DNA of 64,000 nucleotides, taken from Squalus acanthias. Taxonomy: Eukaryota. Made by a program: the position numbers and the translations under genes. Of this stretch, positions 36,087 through 50,030 are shown one piece after another. Within the stretch, counting starts at the first letter, position 1. Each line of letters starts with the position of its first letter. The stretch lies in the NCBI GenBank assembly GCA_030390025.1, contig CM059432.1, positions 91,018,001-91,082,000 of the forward strand, read 5' to 3'. The notes beneath the pieces were generated by a model. That model did not search any database, was not told where the DNA came from, and saw only the letters and a program-made list of their open reading frames with translations.

Positions 36087-39000
36087 TACAGGTGTAGAAA
36101 TTCCCATTAAAATAGTCGATACTGTAGTTCTTGCCATACATAACGAGGAATATTCACGTCTGTCTAGTGAGCGACAAAAGCAGTTTGCATGTGCAAGACA
36201 AATGGATTTGTTAATTAATTGCCTCAGTGCCTTCAATATTGAATAAACTAATTCTTTGTGTTACGGGAAGCCTCCAGCTAATTAAATCATGAAGTCATCT
36301 GCTATTTAGATCACAGATACTATTTGAATATTACAATCAAGGAGACAAACAATTCAGACTCTGTCACAAAGTTGCAACATCACACAAGCTTATTGTCTGT
36401 CTCCTTCCATTCCAGTGAAATAATCAGCTCACATATTTTGATTTCTAGTGTGGAGGAGAAAACCTCAAAGAACACATTTGTATCTCTCCAACCTACTTTG
36501 GAGATTTATTTTAATTCAGGAAGAATTATACACATATGTTTAATTGAATGATGACAAGTAAGGCTTGATTCTCCTTCTCAGGGAGGAGTCACAGCAGAGC
36601 GGGACTTCCGCCTGCCCCTCTAACTCACCACAACACAACCTGGGTTGGGGGTCATTAAATATGCACAGCAGGATTCCCACCACTGAGGGAGCCTTCCACT
36701 GCCTGGCCACAAATCCTTGATGGTGCTGCAGCAGTACCACCGCACCAGAAGAGGGGGCTGAGCACTTAAAGGGGCAGAGGAGCCCCAAAGATCAAGGAAA
36801 CAGCAGCTTTGCAGGCTTCAGCAAAGATTGAACCCTACACAGTTAAATGAGTAGGGACTATATGGAGAGAAAGGAGGACTCTACTAGGCCCTCTCCCTCC
36901 ATTCCCTGACCTAAGGGCCACCACCACTGACTATCCCGGGCCAACTGCTCGCTTCCACATGGCCATCCCGGGAAAGCGGCACTAAATGGAGTGAACGGGA
37001 GAGAAATGGGCTGGGAACCCAAACCAACTGGGGCCTGGGTTGGAAGGATGACAGCAGCAGGGTGTGATCTGGAAGGGAATGGTGAATCTGGTTGATGTTG
37101 CAGTGGGTCTGGGGTATCAGTGTTGCTCACTGCTCCTATGGCTGAGAACTGTTGGAAGTTCTTGGAACCTGTACAGATGAGAGAGAAACTGGGAACATGG
37201 GCCTTCATGGGGAGCGAGGGAGTGGGACCAAAAGCTGGAGCAAGTGGGAGCATCTTGGGCCATGAGGCTGGAACTGGAGAAGGAGAGCAGTGGGGCCCAA
37301 AGTTTGAATCTGGAGCAAGAATAGAGTGCAGTAGGGCCTGAGACCTGAAGCTAAAATAGTAAGGAAGTAGAATGGAGCTTAAGGGCCAGAGGAAGAAAGG
37401 GGTGGGACAGATAGCTTTGTGGTGCTGGCCTTTGGCGTTTGGAAGTCAGGGGAGCATCGCCATCATTTGAGTCAGGTGCACAGGCGGGGTGCTGCTGTGG
37501 GAGGGAAGCAGTGGAGCCACAGCTGGAACAATCATAGCAGGAGAGGGGGACAAAGTACCATCAAAAGGGCCAAAACTGGGGTGCCATTTTTTTATTCCTA
37601 CGATCTGATTGGTCTGTTATGTCACCTGCCAATTAGCAACTTTACAAGTCCATTATAGTTTTACAATATTACAAATAGATAGATGCTCCTCTAGTAGAAA
37701 CTGTTTAGGGAAGATGTTTGGACATTGTCCATTTTGAGCCTCACTGCATACTGTCACCCAGTAATTCAGATTACTGGGTGGCTACAAAGGCAAACTGTTT
37801 CTATTATTAGACCCGCATAATTTTAGAGTTTCTGACTAAATGAAACGAAACCAACACCCAACATGTCATTATCCAATCATATATAAATAAGGCCTTCCTT
37901 TGTGGAGTTTAGACACTCGGGCTCCTGTTCACAAAGCTTTTGCTGATTTGCTAAGATGTATTTTCTTCGTTTTTTTCACAAGTGATAGCTCTTGTTTGCC
38001 CCAAGCAATTTTTTTTCGCAGTGGCATTTGCAGAGTAATTGTGGAGAAACACATTAGCAATAGCTTTATGAATACTGGCCTTAATTATGCAAGTAAACAC
38101 TGGTTTCATAATACCATCAGTAATTGGTTAACATAACTGTAAAATAGCTGTAAAACCTACAGCCATTGCTATTTAATTGTCAGACAGGAAGCTATAGAGT
38201 GTCTTTGTCCCCATTCAAATTCACATGAGGGAAACGGATTTTTTTTGTCCATATTGAAATTCACATGACATTGCTTTGTCCTGTAATAACTAGGCTGTCA
38301 TCATGGATGCTGCTGCTCAAAATGCATTTCAGCATCAGTTTGTATCCTCTTACCCAAAGGATTGATGTTCTAATTGAGATTATAACCCCTGACAAGAAAT
38401 GTGAACAACCAAGAGCCGGTAACATAATTTCATGGTGTAATTCACAGAATTTAAATCCATTTCAGCAAGACAATTAAGACCCCAACTACAACAAATGGTT
38501 TGAAGTTCACAGGAATTTTCTTTCTGACTATTTTGCACTGTTTCAGTGTCAAAGAAAAATAGCCTTAATGGACAGAAGTTTTTTTTGTCGAGCAATTGTT
38601 CATTGTCCTCTTTGTCTGATACCAAGACCTTTAATTTTCTGTTTCATTGCACAAATGTGTAAGTAGTTCATGAAAGTGGTAATTTCAACATTGTAATGAA
38701 CTGGGGCGCAGCATAAGACTTTCATCCCATACCAGGTAGCATTTTGAACTTTAAGCCTAGCAGGGAGGTGACCTTTATCCCTATATGCTCAGTCATTTTT
38801 ATCAAGCCTCTCCAAAGGGACTCATCATATGCAGGGCTGTGTGAAGAAGAAGAAGAGTATTGTCCTTATCACCTCCTTCCAGAAAGTGGCAGAGTAATAG
38901 GACTTTGTAAGTAAAAATGAAGCTCAGTCTGATGGCTGCTGATTAAAAATTGACTGTGCCACATCAAAGAAGAGTTGAAGGTGAAAATGATGATCACTTC

Positions 39001-41363
39001 CTTCTCCCTGGGACCTTGCACCATTTCTTTTATTCAACCTTGAAAGGTTCTTTCTGAATAAGATAATATCCCATGAGTCTATCCAGCTTGGCAGTATGAA
39101 AATGTAGATCAGTATATCTGTTCTTTATGGAAAATAATATGCCACTTTGTTAATGACATGGCACTTTAAAGCTTTCACTGTCTGTCCTAAATGCAATGAA
39201 ATTAATTCTAGGCTTGCAGTGCAACTTGAAATTGAAGGCCACCTTAATTACTGACTTTTGTGTAGTCAGAGATTTAATAAGCTGGCAATCGGTCAATAAA
39301 TCCATTAATTTCTCAAAATCAAAATATTAAGAGTGGAACTATTTATTTAGATTAAAAGCTCTACCAAAAGCTGGAATTCTATTTAACACTTCGGCACAGG
39401 ATTGTCATTTATGATGGTTTTAATGACAAATGATGCAGAATTGAGCTGAGATACTTGTGCTGTCTTACCTTATCATTACTGCTTTGATTTGGTTGTGCTG
39501 TGGACAGACATAATCACAACTTTGCCCAAACTTGCCTGCATTTAGTTTCCAGCTTAACAGCACAGTCCCACATTTTCAGTTAGCTATGTGCTGAACAGTG
39601 TGTATTCATTTAATTACAACCTAGCATGTTGATTCCCGAGTACCAAAAGGCTCTGAACTCTAGGTGATGATTAACTGCACTGTCAGATAATTGCAAAAAC
39701 GATTGCTTATGAAGTGCTACATTATCTTTTTGAACAGTATGATCATTAGCTCTTTAAGGAAAAATAAAATGGTGCAAGTGCAGTTTGAGCTTTTTTTTCC
39801 TTCCAAATATATCAAGGCATATACGATTACTTAAAAGACACCCCAACATTCTTAAGTTCAGTTATAATTTAAGTATGATTATCTTGAAATAAAAAAGATG
39901 ATAAAATATATTCAACAATCTATTGTAAAATGCTTAATAAGACAGGATAGTATTATTCTGCCCGGAACATTTAACAGTTACACATAATATTCATATCTTG
40001 CCAATATCTCATATCCTTTGATATATTTATAAGCTGTAAGATTTACTTTTAATTTTCTAATGCTCCTCATTAGCAATGCAGTAATAGAATCATTTATAAT
40101 ACAAATGCAATTTTCTTTTCATAGAATAGCAAAATTGATTCTGACTACTAATGTACTTAAAATATGCAATGCTGGGGGTATAAAATATGTATGAAATTAT
40201 GCAAATCTAGTGGAAAATGACTTCTGGCAACTTGTGTCTACCAGATTTCAGAAGGTTTGCCAAATAGAAATAAAAGGAGCATTCAGTAGAATGTTTGGAC
40301 ATCTGGTTACTTTTCCTGTTAATTTAAGGAAAATATTCTTTATGCATTCAGTTGGAAGAACTGGTACCAAGGTTGCTATTCCATTAGCATTTAAAGGAGC
40401 TACACATTCTTTGCGAATTACTGCTCTGTTTATTGTAGCTCCCTTTTATAGTTCATTAACGGAATTCAGAAAAATGTCTTGCTCTTCCTCATTTTACTTC
40501 ACTTGTTTTAAGATTCAAGAGCTTGCCTTTAAAGCCTTTTGCAAATTTGTACCGAACACCCACCCAAGAGTTCAATCAGGAGATGGTTGAGATGTGCCCA
40601 CAGACAACATTCTCACTTCTGGTTTTACATAATCTGGGAATGAGCAAACCACTTGGCAAACATCTGGTTCCATTTAGGAAAAATGAAGTCAGAATCATTA
40701 TGAATCCATTACATCAAGAATTGTCGAAGCCACTGATGTATCCATACAGCTGTGGCTGCCAGTTTCCTGGTCTGAATTCACATATATTGCTTTAAAAAAT
40801 TTTCTTTTTCAAATTTTAATTTGGTTCAATAATTTCTTACTGAAAATCTTATTAGATTGATGGCATATTGAATTGCATTCTATATCAGTGGCTTTAAAAT
40901 CTCATAATGATTGTGTGAGATTTCTGATGAGGCTGTCCTGTAGGTAGAACAATAATCTCATAATAACCTCTAGAAAAATGTTTAATTAACAGTATAGATT
41001 AAATAGGCTTCTAAATAAAGTACAAGATATTCTGATATCCCTTATGTCTTATAATTCTATTCACTTAGAACTAGTAGAATTAATCCTACAGCTCCCCCAA
41101 ATGTATCATTCAATAGCTACACAACTGAGCATTAAGATATCAGTTACTTCAGTTGTTATCATGCACCTACAAATGTGAAGCTTTTAAATACATTGGAACA
41201 AATTCCAGCAACTTTTCAGTCAGCCAGTTTGAAGAATTCAGGAGATGCCAAAAAAGCATATTTTGAAATGAGTCAGCATGCAGTGACATTATCCTAAGAC
41301 ATATTGAATTAAAATTTGTGTTTATAACAAATTTAACTAGTCTATTGGAAAAGAAATGAATAT

Positions 41364-41800
41364 GTGTCAGCCGTGGCTCAGTTGGTAGTACCCTGAGTCA
41401 GAAGGTTGTGGGTTCACAGTCCCACTCCAGAGACTTGAGCACATAAAATCTAGGCTGACACTCCCGTGCAGTACTGAAGGAGTGCTGCACTGTCAGAGGT
41501 GTGTCTTTCGGATGAAACGTTAAACGTCTGCTCTATCGGGTGGACGTAAAAGATCCCATGGCACTATTTCAAAAAAGAGCAGGAGCGTTATCCCCGGTGT
41601 CCTGGCCAATATGCAACACCACTGTAACAGATTGTCTGGCCATTATCACATTGCTGTTTGTGGGAACTTGCTGTGTGCAAATTGGCTACTTTATTTCCTA
41701 CATTATAACAGGGACTACACTTCAAAAAGTACTTCATTGGCTGTAAAGCACTTTGGGACATCTGGTGGTCATGAAAGGTGCCACATAAATACAAGTCTTT
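41364..41800 (+). mobile_element. DeuSINE (SacSINE1-like), near full length
   Basis: tRNA head with A box tggctcagttgg and B-box-like gggttcacagtccc; Deu domain gaggtg..tctttcggatga...aaagatcccatggcact; L2-type tail. Confidence 0.9.
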
Positions 41801-42444
41801 ATGTGAAATGGGTCTCTATTGTGATAAAGACCTTCTTTGTGTAAATGTAACTGAATGTTTATATAATGCTGCATTTATTCTGCAACTGCCAGCCTAAGAT
41901 CAGCAGTTGTAGTATGGGTCCAAGCCAGGCAGTAGCCCTTTTACATTGTCTGGCTGGACCTGCAAATCTCCTGCCCAGGAGAGAGTTCTGTGCATGTGTG
42001 GTTGCACGCAGCAGCAGAATTCGTCTTCCAGGAATTACAATTTAAATCTTTAGAGAGTGCAGGTGGCACTCTGCAAACATTTTAATTAACTGCAGGTGGA
42101 CTTAAAAATGTCCAAGAGGTTGAAGGGGCCCTCTGTGCACTTTAAAAATTTGGTTTGACAAAATACTGGATTTACACCCCATGTGGTATCAAATCCAAGG
42201 TGTGTGAGATTACCTCGTCCAGGGAGTCCCACCGCTTCTCAGTTTAGCATCTCACTGTAGTTTTACACTGCAAATTTAATGTTGCTGCTTTTTAGTTCAA
42301 AAATGTGTTTGTTACCATCTATATATCAGAAGGAGAGATTTTGGTAGATGTTGCTGTCCTCCCAATGATTTTTATCCATAGATGTTTTTCCCATTGGAAA
42401 AGGAAGGAAGAGTAGAGTATATTTCCACAATAAGTATATTCTAT

Positions 42445-43273
42445 GGGGGCGATTTTGCCAGCCCTGGAGAGGCGGATTTGGAGGCGGGACTGCCGGGAAA
42501 ATGGCAGAAACTGGGGGCGGGTACCCATCCAGCCCCCAACCCGCCTCCGTGCCATCTTCCCAGGAGGCGGGTACTTGACCCGCGCCGGGTCCCGTCTCCT
42601 CGAGGCAGGAAGGGGATTACAGCCACTTAACTGCCTGTTAACAGGTAGTTAACAGGCAGTTAAGAGGATTATCCCCATTTTTCCAACAGAGGTGCGGGCT
42701 TCCTGACGTTGGGAAACCCCCACCAGGGTCAGCGAGGTGAGCAGTGGCTCTGCGGGAGTGAGAGGGTTCGAAAAGTGCGCTGTGGAGGTGAGTGATGGGT
42801 GCAAGTGTGGAGAGGTAAGTATGTGAGGTGAGTGAAAAGTGTTAGAAAAAGTTTACTTACCGTTGTTTCTTCCTGCAGGCTTCAACCCTTGGGGATCCGG
42901 AGGTTCCGGCATCTCCACGGCACAGATGACAGAATGGCTGCTGCATTCTCCGATGCAACAGCTATCTGCATTCTGCACAGGAAATAGGTTTGGTGAGCCT
43001 TGAGTACAAGAACTCACCAAACAACAGAGAATGTCAGTGTTTGACAGCTTTGACAATTCATCTGTCAAAAATTTTTGACTGATGAAACGTCATACGCTGA
43101 CGTTCTCTGTCACCGGCTTTCCCTTAATTGGCCTGCTAAGCCCACTGGGCGGGCTTAACAAAGTCAATCAAGGGAAAGTAGTGTGGGTTGGCCACAAGTC
43201 GATGGAGGCAGGACTAAAACCCGACCAGCAGCAGTCCCACCTGCAACGCGCCCCCATTGGCAAAATTACCCCC
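42445..43273. mobile_element. Harbinger-type MITE, family B (829 bp)
   Basis: TIR GGGGGCGATTTTGCCA ... TGGCAAAATTACCCCC; reverse-complement paralog of 51734-52577. Confidence 0.9.
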
Positions 43274-44089
43274 ATGTGTCTGGTTTCCTATTTACATTCA
43301 TTGAATAGTTTTATGATTCAGAGTATTGGAAAGTATGGCTCTCGCATATCCAACATTTGAAACAAAAGTGTTATTGTTATATTTCTGTTGAATAGAGATG
43401 AAATTTATGCATTATCAGGCACTTTATTTTGCAAAAAAGTTATCTTATCATGTTGTAGAAGAGTGCATTTCCTACCCTTCAGATATTTGCCTTACAGAGT
43501 TTCAGAGATTCCTCTTATCTCTAGACCAGCACTTAAAACCTCAGGGATTGTAACTATGTCAGTTATTTCTTTGCTCAGAACTCGTATCCATTAATTACTC
43601 CTCGCTGCCATGTAGCTGTTGATAATTCATATCAAGCAATATTGTTTCAAGTTAACTATCCTGTATCAAGAATTTTTTTCATCATGTGAGCATGTTTATC
43701 AATCAGATATAATTAAAACATACACAAATATACGTTATACTATGCATAGAATATTCCCTTTTTGTAAGACCACTCTCAGGAACTGTTGCCCTTACTACTT
43801 CAGGGCATCTGCTTTATGCAAATCAGAATACAATCAATGAGAACTTTTTATTCTGCTTCATTACTACTCATAGTTTCTCAGTATTCTCTCATTTAAATGA
43901 TATAATTGGGTTTGTTGCTTTGAAAAATTGCATGTTTTATATTATATGATAATTGAAAAGTGAATTCCGTACATTTTGGAAATAGAATTAATATGTCAAG
44001 AGCCATCTTTTTTATTTGAGGTAAATTAGGTTCCTGCAAAATAATAGTTCTTAAAGAGCTGTCTGTTATTAATTTATCAACGAGAGTAC

Positions 44090-44750
44090 CGACGCCCGCA
44101 AAATTCCCATCAAGGTTTGCGGCGGCAGTGACTCCTAGCACCACGATTTCCTGCGCCCAGAGATCGTGACTCATCGTGCTGCGCATCGCCCCAGTAGTGC
44201 CCTGGACCCGAACTACGGTTCCACCCCCTGCAGCATCGCCGGGCGACAACACCGACAGCTGCAGGAGGCGTTGTCAGGGAGGCCGGCCACTTGGAGAGCG
44301 CTATTTAAAGGGGATGATGATTGCGTCAATGAAAAACCTTTCTGAATGCGATACTTCAATTTTTCAGCATTTTCCTCGGCCGTGATCGATAAGCCCTGCA
44401 CTCTGCTAGAGTGCTGGGGGCTGATCGTTGCGGATCACGGCTGCCGTCGGTTATGAGGGACCTCCTTTCCATGAAGAGCCTGCAGTGATTGCCCTTCCCT
44501 TTAAGGGAGGGAAGGAGCCTCTGTTCCCGGCAGCACTGTCCTCGACATTGGGCAGCGCTGCACTGTTACCGCCCCTCTTGCCGGTTTTAGCGTGCCAAGG
44601 GAAGTGGTAGCGCTTGATTTAGCGCTCCACTTCCTTCCTGGAGCGCTAAACCGAAGTTCGGGTCGGAGTCCCTCGCATAGCGCCCGGTGATACTTTTGCG
44701 CTACCGCAAAAGTTATCGCCCCAAACGGGGCGCTACGCAATTTCTCCCCC
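44090..44750. mobile_element. CpG-rich MITE, family C, left end lost
   Basis: Right end CAATTTCTCCCCC; its reverse complement aligns with the start of 53049-53676. Confidence 0.8.
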
Positions 44751-44931
44751 CAAGTTTCTTCCTTGGCCACTAGAAAGGCTAGGATTATGGTCACACCCAC
44801 ACTGTCATACAGAGAACGGGCACTAATGCCCAAAAGGCTCCTTAGCCTGCAGGACTAGTTGATTCAGAGACGTTTGATTCCTTCACAACCATTGCTTTGC
44901 ACCATAACAATAGTTGAGTTACAGACATAAT

Positions 44932-45096
44932 GGGGGTCATTTTGACTTTGGGCAATAGTCTAAAATGAGCAATATCAGATCAGCTGCTTGTTATGCATCT
45001 CTCCCGATTTTCATTTCAAATCTGGGGAGGTGTATAATGGGCGGTTGATCTGATATTGTTTATTTTATACCGTTGCCTAAAGTCAAAATTACCCCT
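44932..45096. mobile_element. Fold-back (fully palindromic) mini-MITE, about 165 bp
   Basis: GGGGGTCATTTTGACTTTGGGCAA... pairs with ...TTGCCTAAAGTCAAAATTACCCCT along about 78-bp arms with a short loop. Confidence 0.85.
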
Positions 45097-46796
45097 CGAG
45101 AGCTTCACACATTAGTGTGGAATATGCACTAAATACAGGTTTACCACTAAAGTACACTATCTAATTTCAGTGTTTGAGGTGATGTACCATTAAGTTGATA
45201 ATAATGGATCCTAATAAATGAATGGTTAAAGTAACCATTTTGCTTGCTACATGGTATCCTGACAAAGCTGCTTCTATTGTGCGAATAACCTCCTTCTTTG
45301 TAGCATTCACCTAAATCGTACTAATTAAGCTATATTGTTGATGAAGGTATTCCTTACTGAAACATATATGAAAATGACACCATGATTCATAAGTTTGTGA
45401 TCAGGAACATTAAATGTTAATGAACTGAAATAAAATATAGATTTATATATGTCAATATACTAATACCTTTATACATACTTATTAATATCCAATTCCACAT
45501 GATGAATTCTAAAAATGTACTTTAAAGGGTTGACATTGTCTTCTTGTGATTGTTCTACCCAGGCTGGATTTTAAAGCCAGGATTTTTAAAGTCCTTTATG
45601 GTTCTGCAGGAATCTATTGCTGTGCTATTAGCCTGTTCAAAATTACAACACAGCATTCAAATTGAATTTTAACACAAGCTACACCATACTTTTTCCCAGG
45701 CACAATTTTAATAAGGTATGTGAAGATTTGATTTTGTCTGTTTTGAATTACAGCCTTAGGTAGGCCAAGTAGATGGAATACTTAATCTTTCGAGTATTGG
45801 ATTTCCATTTGTCCCCAAACACCAGGTATTGTTCTGCATTTTTCATATGTAAGAAATTTTGTAAACATTTTACCAATGAATATTGGAAAAATAAAATATA
45901 CCTTGCAATGCAAATAATATTTCCTCAGCCATATTCTTTCAAATTCTAACCTGAAAATTTTAATCTTGCCCTTTTTGAAATTATGCAAAAATGATGTGAA
46001 CATTTTCAAAGGGTTGGTACTGAAGAATGTTGGCGATTGATATTCCATCTGCCTTACAGGTAGGTGAAAAAGTGCATAATCCAACATTTGATATTTATTG
46101 GCGGTGTTCAGTTGAGATGACAGCGAATAGACAGACCAAAGCAATACCAGGGTTTGTGTTGCAAAGTGTCCAGATCAGTTAAGTAATGCTTAATCCTATT
46201 AAAAATGTATTGGTTAGGGATTTGCTAACCTCTATGGATGAAATGATTTCAGAAACTGTCCTCAGCTCATTAGTTAATCAGTATTATCTCAATTAAGCTT
46301 CAGGTGCAAGTTTATTAGCATGGAATATTCTTTATGATACAGCAAACTGTTAAGCTCTGAAAAGATAAGTGTAAGATAATTTAACTTACTTATTTCTTTG
46401 AGTGAAGTAACTCACATTTCTAAACGTAATAGAACTTGTACTTTAGAATGCAACCCTAATTCATGTCAAAGAATGTTAACCTTAAGTAACACAGCCAAGT
46501 GATCGATAAAAACACCTTGTAAATAAATGAAGAAACAGTTTAATTGCTTTTATTAACTTTTAATTTTGGCATGGCTGATGGCTAATTTTAGTAGGCAGTC
46601 ATTGAGGGTTCTGTAATTTCTACAAGAAGTATTACTTGTACAACTATGAGAATCAACAGTTTAAAATAGAATGAAATCATGTGTTTTTATTTGGCAGAAA
46701 TGTAATTGTATAATTCCAGGAAAACCACAAAATTAAATTCCCAATAGAAAACAAATATTCAGTCTGTAAACATTATAGACAGAACTTTCAACTTCA

Positions 46797-47072
46797 ACAA
46801 CAACAACTTGTATTTATACAGCACCTTTAATGTAGTAAAATGTCCCAAGGTGCTTCACAGGACTGTTATAAAATAAAATTTGACACTGAGCCACATAAGG
46901 AGAAATGAGGGCAGAGAAGTAGGTTTTATGGAGCGTCTTAAAGGAGGAAAGAGAGGTAGAGAGGCGGAGTGGTTTAGGGAGGGAATTCCAGAGCTTAGGG
47001 CCTTGGCAGCTGAAGGCACAGCCACCAATGGTTGAGTGATTAAAATCAGGGGTGCTCAAGAGACCAGAATTA
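46797..47072 (-). mobile_element. L2 LINE 3' end
   Basis: STIGGCAFSCQGPKLWNSLPKPLRLSTSLSSFKT; (caa)n tail. Confidence 0.9.
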
Positions 47073-47374
47073 GACTTCGGCAGTTGAACGTTGAAAGCTC
47101 CGGTCAACATATTTTGCATAACATTTTATTTTGCCCAGAATCCACATTTTTTAATATAAAAATGTCAGAAAGTTTGGAGGTTAAAAATAATCCCAAAGCT
47201 GCTGATTATGTGGCGAATTTATTTTTATTCTAAGACTCAACTTTTAATTCTCTATTAGTTTTCATACAGAGCCATTTTCTTTATGTGAAAAAGCTGTTAG
47301 TTCTAGAAAGTTTAAGTAAAGCAATCAAAATATTATTAAGATAATAACAAGGTGTGGATAGCAAGACTGAAATT

Positions 47375-47710
47375 AAATTTATATAGGGCTTTATAATGTC
47401 TCTCAAAAATGTCCCAAAGAGCTAGAATAAATTACTTTGAAGTGCAGTCAATATAGTTCTACAGGCAAACATGGCAGCCATTTTGCACACAACAAAGCCC
47501 CACAACCAGCAATGAAATGAATAATCAATAAATGTGATTTGTTGGTGTTGACTGAGGCAGGACCATTGGTCAGAACACTGTGAGAATGCTGCTCTTCGAA
47601 TAGTGCCATGGGGCCTTTAATGTCTACCTGAACCACTGGAAGAGGCAGGTGGGACGTTTTATATGTACTATGGCCCCTTTGCAATGCAGCACTTAGCATT
47701 GCACTGATAC
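47375..47710 (-). mobile_element. Degraded DeuSINE
   Basis: Reverse complement contains ccatggcactattcgaagagcag and ttgtgtgcaaaatggctgcc, as in 41364-41800. Confidence 0.7.
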
Positions 47711-50030
47711 TAAAGAAAAGCATAGATTAATCACCAGTGCTTAATTTCCTAGTACTTTGATCAAAGTATTTAACTACCTTGCAGCTTTAAATATCAATTT
47801 TATTTTAGTTGTCACCATCAACTATACAGAAGAGCTATTGCAGTTGTCACTCTGACCACCCCAAGGATTCATTCTAATTTGCTGTGTTCAAAAATGCCTA
47901 GATCTTATCCTTTTCTGACAAAGATCACACAGCTGACATGAGATCCCGTCTCTGCTGCTATGCTGCTCATATTAGGCCCTTGCTTCTGGCAATCATGCCA
48001 ATCATTTCAAACCACACAGCTAGTTCTTAGAATTCACCTGGCATATCATGTATTGAAAGTGTACTAAAACTTGATCTCTTCAACATCTTGATTTAAAACT
48101 ATGTGTCATCCAGATTTTCTGATTTGCAAGCCAGAATTTTCTGACAATGTATGGCTCTAAATCTTTGATTTATGCACTTTGAGTTTTCCCTCCTGTAATG
48201 CTAGTATTCATCTTGACATAGAGTCTGCAGATTTACAATGAACTTCCACTGGGGCGCAAAATGGAAAGCTTCTCTGCCAGTTTATCATACATTGTGCCAG
48301 AGTATTGTACACAAACTAAACAAAAGGAACATCAATGAATTGCATATGCAAAGGAATAAGAGGCAAATTATGCACAAAAATAGATATAATGATATGCTAT
48401 AACGAGCCATCCTGGATGCAAAATTGCAAAGGTGCTTCAGAGAAGGCAAACCCACGAAAAAAGAGAATTGTAAAGTATCCTTTATGTCTCAGTAGGTTGA
48501 TCATCGCACTGAAGAGGTGGTGAAGATTTTAAATCAAAAACAAACTTTAGAGGACAAGATTTCCTATCCAATATGAGCGACACGGGAAAATAGCTGCTAA
48601 AATGATGATCTATTCTCTTGGGGAAGAATATTATAGTGGTTTACTGGTATTACAGACGCAGTTATTCACCACAAAAGGGGCATGATGGACTCAAGCCTCA
48701 TCCCAGAAAAGGAAAGCAGCTAGGAGTAACCGGAAGAAGGGAATTTGGAAGTGAATAAGCAATTTTAAATTTACTTAATTAAAAATTATATATATTCCAA
48801 GACATCTGTAGCTGTGCTCCTATTTTTAAATATGCAATATAAAATCTAGTCTGATATGAGCTAGGAGGCACATAGGATCTAGGTCTGTCAAAAATCTTTA
48901 CAAGTGAATACATTGGTAAGTTATACATGACTCCTTCAACCTTATGGGTCAGAATGTGTCCTCAGCATAATGGGTACTGGTGAATGTGACATGTGGTGAA
49001 TCAGCTAAGATTTCCTTCCTCCGACCTAATCTTCATATGCCACCTTCTCCTGATGAAATGGCTAAGATCAAGAATGCACTATGTGGGGAGCTGCACATAT
49101 AAACCTGTGAGCTATCAGTCTATGACATTATTGCTGAAGCATGATTACAATGAATTATTTCATTTTTTTCTTTGCCAATTTTCTAGCCTCCTGCTCTACT
49201 GAAGGCACTAACTTATGGTTACCCTCTTGCACCTCAGACAAGTGGCCATTCCTCATGTGTGAGCCTTGACTAGTATTAGAATGCTCAGTTACACATTCCC
49301 TTTACAAATGTGCATCAAAACAACTTTTGTCTTAATTTTTAAGCTTTTACTATAATTTTTCTTCATGTGTATTCATCTCCTACTCTGTCTCCTCATTTTC
49401 ATCAGGATTTCTCTGCCTGTTGAATTATCCCATGCTCTTTTACAGCAGCTGTTAAGCCCGTTGAAGCTATTGTTTAATTAGCTCCATTGAACCATTGATT
49501 GGTTCTGAATGATTAAGGCTAAAAATCCTTGTACAAACCTATTAACAATATGACCCTTAATTAAATTATTCCTTGTCAAATCTAATAGTCTAAGTTACTG
49601 CCCCTGAAATTTTTACAGAGCAAATCTGATCAAATGTAAACTGTAAACTGGATTGAGCACAAAGCTTGGAGACAGAGCTGGGAGAATGCAAACGGAGTGA
49701 ATCGCAAGCAGAGTGGAGGAATTTGGTGAGCGCAGGAATTCGGTGGAGAGGAGGAAGGCGGGTGAGACGTCTGATTGAAAAGGAGGAGTGGAGCCACAGA
49801 ACCCAAGGTCTCTAAGTTAATAGACACGAGGGCAGACCAGCGGGAGAGTGAGAGGAGCGACCGCAGATAAAGGTAGGCCCAAGAGCCCAGAGGGAGCGTG
49901 AACAGTCAGAGAGCGAGGTAAGTGACGTCAGCACAAGGGAAGGAGCTGATTGGTGAGTCGCTGGTGATTGGGTTTTTTTAAGTCTTAAGTTTATTTCTGT
50001 TAAGTTACTTAATAGTTTATTAAGTAGAGG

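Noticed and set aside
41368..41430. tRNA gene
   Set aside because: It is the tRNA-derived head of a SINE, with a deletion and no complete cloverleaf
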